Positions 1 to 7,569 of a stretch of 32,000 nucleotides of DNA are shown one piece after another. Source of the DNA: Bacillota bacterium (lineage in GTDB: Bacteria; Bacillota; Desulfotomaculia; Desulfotomaculales; Desulfohalotomaculaceae). Below the pieces are notes generated by a model. The model was given only the letters and a program-made list of their open reading frames with translations. It was not told the DNA's origin and did not search any database. Location: assembly GCA_009711615.1 (NCBI GenBank), contig VENI01000008.1:1-32000 (forward strand), in the 5' to 3' direction. How positions within the stretch are numbered: position 1 is the first letter of the stretch; each line of letters begins with the position of its first letter. A program made the position numbers and the translations under genes.

Positions 1-39
1 CCGGGCTTCCCATTCTTTTCTTAGCTCTGCTCTTGTCAT
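1..39 (-). CDS. 5' end (13 codons, MTRAELRKEWEAR) of a gene running off the left edge. Its position just downstream of tldD suggests the PmbA/TldE partner, but the fragment is too short to assign.
   Basis: ATG at 39..37 with GAGGAGG (46..52) 6 nt upstream. The frame stays open to the window edge. Confidence 0.3.
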   Translation of the reverse strand, partial: MTRAELRKEWEAR

Positions 40-129
40 GTAAAACCTCCTCGCCGTTTAGTGTTTACGAGGAAGATTATCGCATAAACCAGGGCAAGAA
101 ACTAGGTGGGTACTATTTGACGTTTACTT

Positions 130-1590
130 TTATAGTCTCCTGATTTTATTTTTCTTAATTGGCTTATCCGATGTGTATCTTTTTATTTCTCCATTTGGTG
201 AAACAGGTTCAGCAGTACCGCCTACAAGGAGTTGTCTTATTGACATAGTGGGTTGGGCGTCTGCTACTGGTACTCCCTGGCCATCTTTACCGCAGGTTCC
301 GATGGCAAAGCCCAGGTCGTTTCCTACCATGTCTACAATATTTAATACTTCTGGGCCGTTTCCTGTTAATGTGGCACCCCGCACCAGTTCACCCACTTCT
401 CCATCTTTGATTAAGTAGCCTTCTGCCACATCAAAGACGAAGTCACCTGTGGTGGTGTTTACCTGGCCACCGCCCATTTTCTTAACCATAATACCTTCTT
501 TGGTTTCCCTAACTATTTCTTCCGGATTAGTTTCGCCGGAGGCTATATATGTATTGGCCATTCTGGGAATGGGTTTTTCTTGGTAAGACTGCCGTCTGCC
601 GTGTCCGTTTGGCTCCCGCCCTTCTTTAGTGGCAGTTAGACGGTCGTATAAAAAGTCGGTCAACATCCCATCTTTTATCAGTTCCACCGGGCGTGAACTA
701 ACTCCCTCATCGTCAAAGCGGTAAGAACCGTATTTATTGGGCAGGGTGGCATCATCTATTACAGTTACTACATCCGAAGCAACTTTTTGTCCTTTTTTAT
801 CGGCATAAACTGATAATTCCCGCTGTACTAAATCTGCTTCCAGCCCATGGCCACAGGCCTCATGCACCATGGTTCCACCTGCTTCTGCAGCCATTACACA
901 AGGCATGTTTCCGGTGGGGGCAGGTTTAGCATCCAGCATTTCAACTGCCCTGTTGGCAGCTTTACTGGCAAATTCCTCCGGATCATTGTGGTCAAACAGC
1001 TCAAACCCGCACATACTACCCAATGCATCATACCCGGTTTGTATGTTATCACCATCAGATGCCACTGCATTCACCATTAGCCTGGTTCTTACCCTTTCAT
1101 CTTCCACGTAATTTCCATTACTATTGGCTATGGTAATCTGCTGCACACTGTCACCATAACCGGCGATCACCTGCTTAATCTTCTGGTTGTCCACCGAGCG
1201 GGCAGCCTTTTCTGCTTTTTTAACCACTTCCACTTTGTCACTGGTGGCTATATCTTCCGGGCGCTTTTTAAATTCAAAATCCACCACTGGTTTTAACTTT
1301 GTAAGGTCTAGATTATATTCTTTTTTACCACTCTGGGCAGCATGGCTAACCAGTTTGGCCGCCTCCACAAGTCCCTTCTTGCTTAAATCGTTAGTATAAC
1401 CGTATGATGTGTTTTCCCCGGTAACAACCCTGATGCCGGCACCAACTTCGTAACCAGATTGAACCCGCTCAATACGACCTGCCTCCATACCAATACCGGT
1501 GACTTTTTTCTTTTCCACAAAAACATCTGCGAAATCGCCACCGTTGGCCAGTGCAGCATCCAATACTTCCTGCAGTAATTTCTTATCCAT
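130..1590 (-). CDS. tldD: TldD-family metalloprotease (peptidase U62, TldD/PmbA)
   Basis: 486-aa ORF containing HEACGHGLE (HExxxH in the TldD context). Length and overall pattern fit TldD. AGGAG lies about 10 nt upstream of the ATG. Confidence 0.88.
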   Translation of the reverse strand: MDKKLLQEVLDAALANGGDFADVFVEKKKVTGIGMEAGRIERVQSGYEVGAGIRVVTGENTSYGYTNDLSKKGLVEAAKLVSHAAQSGKKEYNLDLTKLKPVVDFEFKKRPEDIATSDKVEVVKKAEKAARSVDNQKIKQVIAGYGDSVQQITIANSNGNYVEDERVRTRLMVNAVASDGDNIQTGYDALGSMCGFELFDHNDPEEFASKAANRAVEMLDAKPAPTGNMPCVMAAEAGGTMVHEACGHGLEADLVQRELSVYADKKGQKVASDVVTVIDDATLPNKYGSYRFDDEGVSSRPVELIKDGMLTDFLYDRLTATKEGREPNGHGRRQSYQEKPIPRMANTYIASGETNPEEIVRETKEGIMVKKMGGGQVNTTTGDFVFDVAEGYLIKDGEVGELVRGATLTGNGPEVLNIVDMVGNDLGFAIGTCGKDGQGVPVADAQPTMSIRQLLVGGTAEPVSPNGEIKRYTSDKPIKKNKIRRL

Positions 1591-1645
1591 CTTTTATACA
1601 CTCCTACATATTTAGATACTATTTCTATATTATTTGATTACTGGT

Positions 1646-2314
1646 TTATTGTCCACCGTTTGGCCGATTATTATGCAAATTTTGGTACTCTAATGAAGGA
1701 GCCAAGTTCATCTTTAAGCTTTTTCTGGGTGATAAGTTGGAATAAAAAACTAGGTGTAAATTGGCCTGCACCAAATCATTGATATCTTCAGTATCTATTT
1801 TTGCCGGTTCTATTACAAACTGTGTTAACTCGCTATAAGTGGCCCAATTTGCAGTACTACCCAACCATTGCAAATATGACAACACCCCATTATAAGTTCC
1901 CACTACGGTAATATCTAGAGGCTGTTCCCTGTAAAATTCCTTTACAACTGTAGTCAACGAGGAGATCTTCGTGATAGTTACCTTACTCTCATTAGCAGCG
2001 TCGTCTAATTTAACAAATAACCTGCCGTCATTTACGTCTCTGGCCAGCATTTGCTCCATTTCCGCCAGGCTAATTTCCGTTACTTTTATGGCTTTATTCT
2101 CTATTACCAATTGACCCGATGCTGTTTGAGCCTGCTTAATCTTTTGGGAAGTATCTTGTATTTGCTTCCTTAGACTTTCATATTCTGTTAGTTGCGGCTC
2201 CAACAGATAATTATATGTTAGATTACATACTACAATAACCACCAGTACCAAAATTAATATTTTTTCCCGAGCAGTTAATTTATTCAATATCGTCACCCTC
2301 TGGCAGTACTGCAT
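1646..2314 (-). CDS. pilO: PilO-like pilus assembly protein (cluster 1)
   Basis: One TM helix (ILILVLVVIVV), a coiled-coil stretch and a C-terminal YREQPLDITVVGTYNGVLSYLQWL block typical of PilO. It follows pilN. An alternative TTG start at 2287 has an AGAGGGTGA SD and would shorten the overlap with pilN. Confidence 0.65.
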   Translation of the reverse strand: MQYCQRVTILNKLTAREKILILVLVVIVVCNLTYNYLLEPQLTEYESLRKQIQDTSQKIKQAQTASGQLVIENKAIKVTEISLAEMEQMLARDVNDGRLFVKLDDAANESKVTITKISSLTTVVKEFYREQPLDITVVGTYNGVLSYLQWLGSTANWATYSELTQFVIEPAKIDTEDINDLVQANLHLVFYSNLSPRKSLKMNLAPSLEYQNLHNNRPNGGQ

Positions 2315-2942
2315 TAATGCTAAACATCATTTCAGATGGTTCAGTTTCCATATCCCAGGCTTTTTCCAAGTTCACTTCTTGAAAATATGATAGTTGCTGC
2401 AGATTGTAGGTGAACACCCCCACTGCAGACAATGATTTACTACCCCCAGTTATAGTTAACACTCGCTTGTAGCTATTGCTTGGTACGTTCTCACTATTTT
2501 TGGGCTTCGAGCCGTACCCTACCATTTCGTCAATACTAAACCCCTGTCCCCTATCCTCTTTGGAAACTTCATATTTTTCTCGAACAAGCTGAATCTTGGT
2601 TAGCCAGGTATCCTTAGGGACACTATTGTTAACATCCTGCAATAAGTTAAACCAGTGGACATTATTCTTTAGTAAGCTTTGTAGCTTAATTATTTTTTGA
2701 TGATTTACGGTTTTTGTATTTCGTGCAGTATCTAATTTTTCTGCTGAAGGGGTTAATAACATCAGTTCAAGCTCTAAAGATTTCAATTTTTCCTTTTGCA
2801 GGTGCACGTTAAAGAGAAAAGCTCCGTAACCAACTAAAATTATTCCAACCATTAACGAAACAAAAGCCGACCGCAGCATTTTTCTGTTCTGATAGAATGG
2901 CTTTGATTGCAGTTCCCGGGGTATTAAATTTACCTTATACAT
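2280..2942 (-). CDS. pilN: PilN-like fimbrial assembly protein (cluster 1)
   Basis: N-terminal VNLIPRE motif followed by a single TM helix (AFVSLMVGIILVGYGAFLF). It overlaps pilM by 8 nt. Confidence 0.72.
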   Translation of the reverse strand: MYKVNLIPRELQSKPFYQNRKMLRSAFVSLMVGIILVGYGAFLFNVHLQKEKLKSLELELMLLTPSAEKLDTARNTKTVNHQKIIKLQSLLKNNVHWFNLLQDVNNSVPKDTWLTKIQLVREKYEVSKEDRGQGFSIDEMVGYGSKPKNSENVPSNSYKRVLTITGGSKSLSAVGVFTYNLQQLSYFQEVNLEKAWDMETEPSEMMFSINAVLPEGDDIE

Positions 2943-3804
2943 TTAAATGCCACCCCAAAGCCAACCCCATTGCCGTAGAGTATTCTAATTGATGCTGTTT
3001 CTCTGATTCTTGCTGAAAGAAATCCCCAGTTATTATTCCCTTTTTAACTGGCAAATCCAAATCTATATTTAAATTACTGTGTTTTTGCGTTAATTCCCCG
3101 GTAATAAATAACTGCTGCACAGGAAATGGAGATTGAAAGTTATAAAGTTCTAACGATCTACCTAAATCTCTGGCAATGTCATCGGTATCGGCAGCCAATA
3201 TTCGGGCAAATTTAATATATCCGTTGTTTACTACTATTAACTGACCGCTTTTGTCATCAACGTTTAACATTGCGGTGCAAGAGGTAGTATCACGCCATAG
3301 TTTTGAGACCCTCCACAATGCAAAGGGCTGAATGTCAATGCCGTGCAACTTAATTCCCAATATCTTAAAAGCTTCGTAAATTAGTAAAGTTAATTGCCTG
3401 GGAGCAGCCACCAATAGTACCACTGCACCTTCTGCTCCGTTAAATAAGGGTATGTGCCTAATCACCCATTGATCAGTTTCCCCAGACACCATGGCCTCTC
3501 CCTCAAAGCACATCGCTGTTTCCAACTCTTCCTTGTCCATAACGGGTACTGGTACCAGTTTTAGAATTAGTTCTTCTGCCGGCAGCGATGCTGTGATAAT
3601 TCCGTTCTTGTAATTAATCCCAGTTAGTAATTCTTTTAATGCTGCCGCCAGTTCGTCAACCCCCATACTGCTTAGGGGAGTATTAAGTACTTTTTGGGCC
3701 AGTTGCTGAATAATCGGAGTGCTTTTATTCATCTTTAATTGGGCTACTTTAACCTTTGCTGCACTGATATCCACACCGACAAATTTATTTTTCCACAGTT
3801 TCAT
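2935..3804 (-). CDS. pilM: PilM-like actin-fold ATPase (cluster 1; 289 aa, shorter than the cluster 2 copy)
   Basis: N-terminal FVGVDISAAKVKVAQL, typical of PilM/FtsA-like proteins. It sits directly upstream of pilN. Confidence 0.72.
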   Translation of the reverse strand: MKLWKNKFVGVDISAAKVKVAQLKMNKSTPIIQQLAQKVLNTPLSSMGVDELAAALKELLTGINYKNGIITASLPAEELILKLVPVPVMDKEELETAMCFEGEAMVSGETDQWVIRHIPLFNGAEGAVVLLVAAPRQLTLLIYEAFKILGIKLHGIDIQPFALWRVSKLWRDTTSCTAMLNVDDKSGQLIVVNNGYIKFARILAADTDDIARDLGRSLELYNFQSPFPVQQLFITGELTQKHSNLNIDLDLPVKKGIITGDFFQQESEKQHQLEYSTAMGLALGWHLNV

Positions 3805-3821
3805 ATCTCCACAACCTTAAC

Positions 3822-4259
3822 TTAAAATACCCCATATAATTCTTTCCAGCTAATAATATTTGTGGTTACATTATTCTCTTCATCTCTTTGTAGTTTTGCT
3901 TTAACTTTTAAGCTCTTTTTAAAATACTTATATCGTCCAACGCTAGTTATTTCCACCGTCAGTTCATCCTCTGTTTTACGAATGGTTCTTACACGTTCTA
4001 TTTCGAGTTCTCCCCCAGCGAAGCTTATGGTACTGCTAAATTCTTGTTGCCACTCTTGCCAATTAAAATCTTCTTTCAGCCTGGCCAGCACCATTTCCAC
4101 ACCGGCTTCGGCTATGTAATATACCTGTATTTGATCTCGGTTCATGGTTGTTCTAGCCTTGGTGTTTTTAGTAATGGTTAGTATGGCGCTACCAAGTATT
4201 AGAACCACAGTAATCACTACCATGGCCAGCAACAATATATTTCCGCGCTGATTGTTCAC
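3822..4259 (-). CDS. PilX/ComGG-like pilus protein: hydrophobic N-terminus with no G|FTLxE cleavage motif
   Basis: QRGNILLLAMVVITVVLILGSAIL followed by YYIAEAGVEMVLARL. The same Y-Y-x-A-x-x-G-V-E-M motif occurs in the 11194..12687 protein. The gene occupies the GspK position in the operon. Start is GTG. Confidence 0.5.
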   Translation of the reverse strand: MNNQRGNILLLAMVVITVVLILGSAILTITKNTKARTTMNRDQIQVYYIAEAGVEMVLARLKEDFNWQEWQQEFSSTISFAGGELEIERVRTIRKTEDELTVEITSVGRYKYFKKSLKVKAKLQRDEENNVTTNIISWKELYGVF

Positions 4260-4276
4260 CCCAATAATTTCACACC

Positions 4277-4798
4277 TTATTGTGCGCTGCGAACAGCCAC
4301 CAAAGTTACTAACGTTAAATCCTTAATTCCTTCCATTCCTCCAGTAAGCATTATTTTTATCAATACCACCTCACTGGCAGGAGTTCCCGGAGATATTTGG
4401 TTACCGCTACTGTTGTAATACTTTAGTTTGAGTTCTTCTACATGACTGGCCACCGGTAACCCAATGCTGGTAAATTCTCGACTTAATTCATTCTCATGAT
4501 CTACATAATAGCGGACAGTTCTGAACCCTTCTCTAAAACGAAGTTCGTTGCTATCTGGTTCAGATTGAAAAGCATTGTTTTTAAATGACAGTCCAGTGCA
4601 GGTTCGGGCTTCGCGGGAGATTTTATCCATTGCCACTTGTAAACTTTCCTGCAGTTCAATCTCCTGTTTACTTTTCCACCACAGCAAATGGCAGTGTAGT
4701 TGATAAGATAATAAGCCAGTTAGTGTTAGTACTGTAATCATCAGCACCACCATAACTTCTAGCAATGTAAAGCCCCGTTGGCCTTTTAGCACCACCAT
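4277..4798 (-). CDS. Minor pilin with prepilin-type N-terminal cleavage/methylation signal (PilW/GspJ position)
   Basis: Leader MVVLKGQRG | FTLLEVMVVLMITVLTL with Glu at +5. Confidence 0.75.
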   Translation of the reverse strand: MVVLKGQRGFTLLEVMVVLMITVLTLTGLLSYQLHCHLLWWKSKQEIELQESLQVAMDKISREARTCTGLSFKNNAFQSEPDSNELRFREGFRTVRYYVDHENELSREFTSIGLPVASHVEELKLKYYNSSGNQISPGTPASEVVLIKIMLTGGMEGIKDLTLVTLVAVRSAQ

Positions 4799-4800
4799 TT

Positions 4801-5175
4801 TTACCGCTGCCCTTTCAATATGGTAAAGGAAACTTCCTTTTCTACGCCTTGTTCCGAATACCGCAGTTTTACTGTTATTGTTTTTAGATGATGGCTTTCC
4901 TCTACCACTGTTACTTTATAGTTCCAATCCCATTTAGCAGTAGGATTTTCCACCTGCTGCCAACCGCTAGATTGAACACTATTGTAATTTTCAACCTTTT
5001 GCGTTTCAACAATTCCCTGAACCATATTTATCGCTTGAATAGTATGCCAGTTAGAAGTAGTATTGCGTTTACCTTGAATATACATTTTACTTAGGGGAAT
5101 CACAGCCAGTGCAATTATACTGACGGCCACCATCACTTCCATTAAAGTAAAGCCCTTTTGTCTTTGGTTCTTCAT
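4801..5175 (-). CDS. Minor pilin with prepilin-type signal (PilV/GspI position)
   Basis: MKNQRQKG | FTLMEVMVAVSIIALAV. The ATG at 5175 forms an ATGA overlap with the stop of the upstream gene. The ORF-track start at 5190 is a GTG five codons further upstream. Confidence 0.75.
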   Translation of the reverse strand: MKNQRQKGFTLMEVMVAVSIIALAVIPLSKMYIQGKRNTTSNWHTIQAINMVQGIVETQKVENYNSVQSSGWQQVENPTAKWDWNYKVTVVEESHHLKTITVKLRYSEQGVEKEVSFTILKGQR

Positions 5176-5729
5176 TGTACATAACCCCACGGCTTTATAG
5201 GCCCGTTTTCACTTACCCGTACCCTTCCGGTAATGGTGGCCACTATAACCTGCTTGGATATTCTGTTATGTTCATCATGCAGGTAGACTGTACCACCGAT
5301 ACCATCTTCAGGCATTCCCTTTGCGTTAATATTCAGTAAATTTTCATCAAAACTGGTACTGCTTATTTTTACTCCCGGCGGCATATATACCAATTTAATT
5401 TTATTTATTCCTTTATGTATATAATATTTATTACCAGTTTTATTTCTGTTAGGTAAGTAAAAGGTAATGCCATAGCTAACCGATTCTTCTGTTAACGCAA
5501 GCTGCTGCAGATGACGGATATCACTGGCCAGTTCCATCGCAGTGGCATCAAGTCGCTGCTCTAGTAAATAACCACGGAAACTGGGTAGCGTCATCAATAC
5601 CACCACAGTTAATATGGCAATAACCACCATTAGTTCTATTAAAGTAAAACCTTTGTGAGTTATGTAATAAAACTGGCTACGAGGTAGTTTTGGAAACACT
5701 TTCATTAGCCAAACCACTGGACACATCAC
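5172..5729 (-). CDS. GspH/FimT-like minor pilin
   Basis: HKG | FTLIELMVVIAILTVVVL followed by LPSFRGYLLEQRLDATAMELASDIRHLQ, a GspH/FimT-like pattern. The true start is probably internal (ATG at 5705) and still overlaps the 3' end of the pilin gene. Confidence 0.65.
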   Translation of the reverse strand: MMCPVVWLMKVFPKLPRSQFYYITHKGFTLIELMVVIAILTVVVLMTLPSFRGYLLEQRLDATAMELASDIRHLQQLALTEESVSYGITFYLPNRNKTGNKYYIHKGINKIKLVYMPPGVKISSTSFDENLLNINAKGMPEDGIGGTVYLHDEHNRISKQVIVATITGRVRVSENGPIKPWGYVQ

Positions 5730-6147
5730 TGTCCGAATCCCCTTCCATTATCGGATCATCATCTTCGTGGGTGAAAATAATATCGTCTCCACTGTCTCCC
5801 GAAGCCCCTTCGGACCACAATGCATACTCACTGGGACTAGTATCATTTACTTGATAATGATACGCATTACCCCATGGATCACCTTTCCCCTCTGTTGTTC
5901 CCCAATCATCAAACCCATTGGCTTTAACTATATCTTCAAAATCCCCGGTGGTTGGATATTCTTCATTTTCAATATTATAAAGTTCAATCATATTCTTAAT
6001 GGTTTTCATTTCGGCCATCGCCCGGGCTTCTTTAGACTTTTGATATTCATAGGTGAATTTTGGTAAAGCAAAACCAGCTAACACGCAAATGATTAATACC
6101 ACCACCATCAGCTCCAGCATGGTAAAACCTTTATTCTGCCGTAGCAT
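5677..6147 (-). CDS. GspG-type (T2SS-G fold) major pilin/pseudopilin of cluster 1, with an acidic Ser/Asp-rich C-terminal tail
   Basis: MLRQNKG | FTMLELMVVVLIICVLAGFALP. IELYNIENEEYPTT and DPWGNAYHY match the PulG/GspG pattern (YPTT, DPWG..Y.Y). It is the first pilin gene after pilC. Confidence 0.82.
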   Translation of the reverse strand: MLRQNKGFTMLELMVVVLIICVLAGFALPKFTYEYQKSKEARAMAEMKTIKNMIELYNIENEEYPTTGDFEDIVKANGFDDWGTTEGKGDPWGNAYHYQVNDTSPSEYALWSEGASGDSGDDIIFTHEDDDPIMEGDSDSDVSSGLANESVSKTTS

Positions 6148-6170
6148 TAAACAACACCATCCTCATACAT

Positions 6171-7394
6171 CTAATACATATAATTAGCTGACCCTACTAA
6201 TTCGAACATGGGCATTATCATAGCCAGAACAATGATAGCAACAAACCCACCAGTAATTAGTATTAAAGCTGGTTCTAGCATTGTGGATAGCCTAGATAAG
6301 CTGACTTCCACATCCCGTTCGTAAAAATCCGCAGTTTTTTCCAATACCTGATCAAGTTTACCACTCTCTTCGCCCACTACCAGCATCTGCGCTGCCGCAG
6401 ATGGAAAAAGGCTACTATTCTGCAATGCTCTTGCCATTGACCTGCCTTGCTGAACATTATTTCTGGCAACTCTAATTGCTTTTTTAAAAACACTGTTGCG
6501 AATTACCTTTTCTGAGATTTCTAGAGATTGTAACAACGGCACCCCAGTCCGTACCAGATCGGAAAGGGCCCTTGTAAAACGTGTGATCATAATTTTTTTC
6601 ATCAAACCACCCACCACTGGTAGTTTTAAAATCAACTGGTGTACTATTCTTTTAAAGCGCAAGTTTTTACGCAGCAAAGTTATACCAGCAAGGCCTAAAG
6701 TCATCATTACTATCGGAGAATACCAAAATTGCCCTGCTACTGTACCAATACTCATCAGCAGTCTAGTTGAAACAGGCAATGCTACATCAAATTCTTCAAG
6801 TACCGTTGTATACTCTGGCAATATAAAAAAGATTAAAACCATTGTCATAACAAGTGAGAATAGTAGTAATATAACCGGATAAATCATTGCCGTAACTACT
6901 TTTTCTTTCATGGCCTGCTCTTTTTCAAAGTAATTGGCTAACTGCAAAAAAGTATTATCTAACTGGCCGCTTTTCTCTCCCACTTCCAACATGCTAATCA
7001 TTATTTGGGGAAAGGAGCCAGAATCATTTTTCATGGAATCAGCTACACCTTGCCCGGCCTCTAGTTTAATTATTACTGTTGATATTGCTTGTTTTAGTTT
7101 TTTGTTGCCAGTGTTATTAAGTAATATTTTTAATGCTCCCAGCATAGATACACCAGCGTCCAACAATGTGGAGAGATTCCGACAAAATGTGGCCAATTCA
7201 TGGGAATTTATTTTCCTCAGTGGGCTTTGTTTTTTAGCTTTTGCTTTATCTCTTCTTAAAAGTTCGAAACTTGTTATAAATAAATTTTGCTCACGCAACT
7301 GGTTCACTGCTGTTCTTTTGTCATTGGCACAAACAGTTCCTGTAACCACTTTTCCATAGCCAGTTTTAGCACGATAAATAAATTCCTGCGGCAA
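6171..7394 (-). CDS. pilC: PilC/GspF-family inner-membrane platform protein (cluster 1)
   Basis: 407 aa with a duplicated GspF-type architecture and three TM segments. Start is TTG with a weak GGTGA SD. Confidence 0.88.
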   Translation of the reverse strand: MPQEFIYRAKTGYGKVVTGTVCANDKRTAVNQLREQNLFITSFELLRRDKAKAKKQSPLRKINSHELATFCRNLSTLLDAGVSMLGALKILLNNTGNKKLKQAISTVIIKLEAGQGVADSMKNDSGSFPQIMISMLEVGEKSGQLDNTFLQLANYFEKEQAMKEKVVTAMIYPVILLLFSLVMTMVLIFFILPEYTTVLEEFDVALPVSTRLLMSIGTVAGQFWYSPIVMMTLGLAGITLLRKNLRFKRIVHQLILKLPVVGGLMKKIMITRFTRALSDLVRTGVPLLQSLEISEKVIRNSVFKKAIRVARNNVQQGRSMARALQNSSLFPSAAAQMLVVGEESGKLDQVLEKTADFYERDVEVSLSRLSTMLEPALILITGGFVAIIVLAMIMPMFELVGSANYMY

Positions 7395-7511
7395 ATTTGA
7401 TCACCAATTTTCAAAAAGTTATTAATTTTTCAAACATTCTACTGTTAAAGTCCAAATCCTGCTTCAAAAACCAAATTTATGTAATTATTAACAAAACATT
7501 CCTTGATTTTA

Positions 7512-7546
7512 TTCTGATTTCTGACTCCTGACTTCTTAATTCTTCT
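7512..7546 (-). repeat. Heptamer array, copy A: TTCTGAT TTCTGAC TCCTGAC TTCTTAA TTCTTCT (plus-strand reading)
   Basis: Five tandem 7-nt units in the 175-nt pilB1-pilC1 gap. Related arrays lie at 25809..25850 and 26422..26456 in the same orientation. Confidence 0.6.
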
Positions 7547-7569
7547 TCTCATAAAATAAACCCCCACCA

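Noticed and set aside
1383-1601. 72-aa minus-strand ORF overlapping the tldD start.
   Set aside because: It is out of frame with tldD, whose N-terminus is typical for the family and has its own SD. The product has no motifs.
7512-7546. Heptamer arrays considered as TRAP (trp RNA-binding attenuation protein) sites because of their proximity to aro genes, or as a mini-CRISPR.
   Set aside because: TRAP needs 9-11 (G/U)AG triplets spaced by 2-3 nt. Here the period is 7 nt, with only 4-6 units and no regular GAG/UAG phasing. CRISPR is excluded because the units are 7 nt with no spacers and no cas genes.
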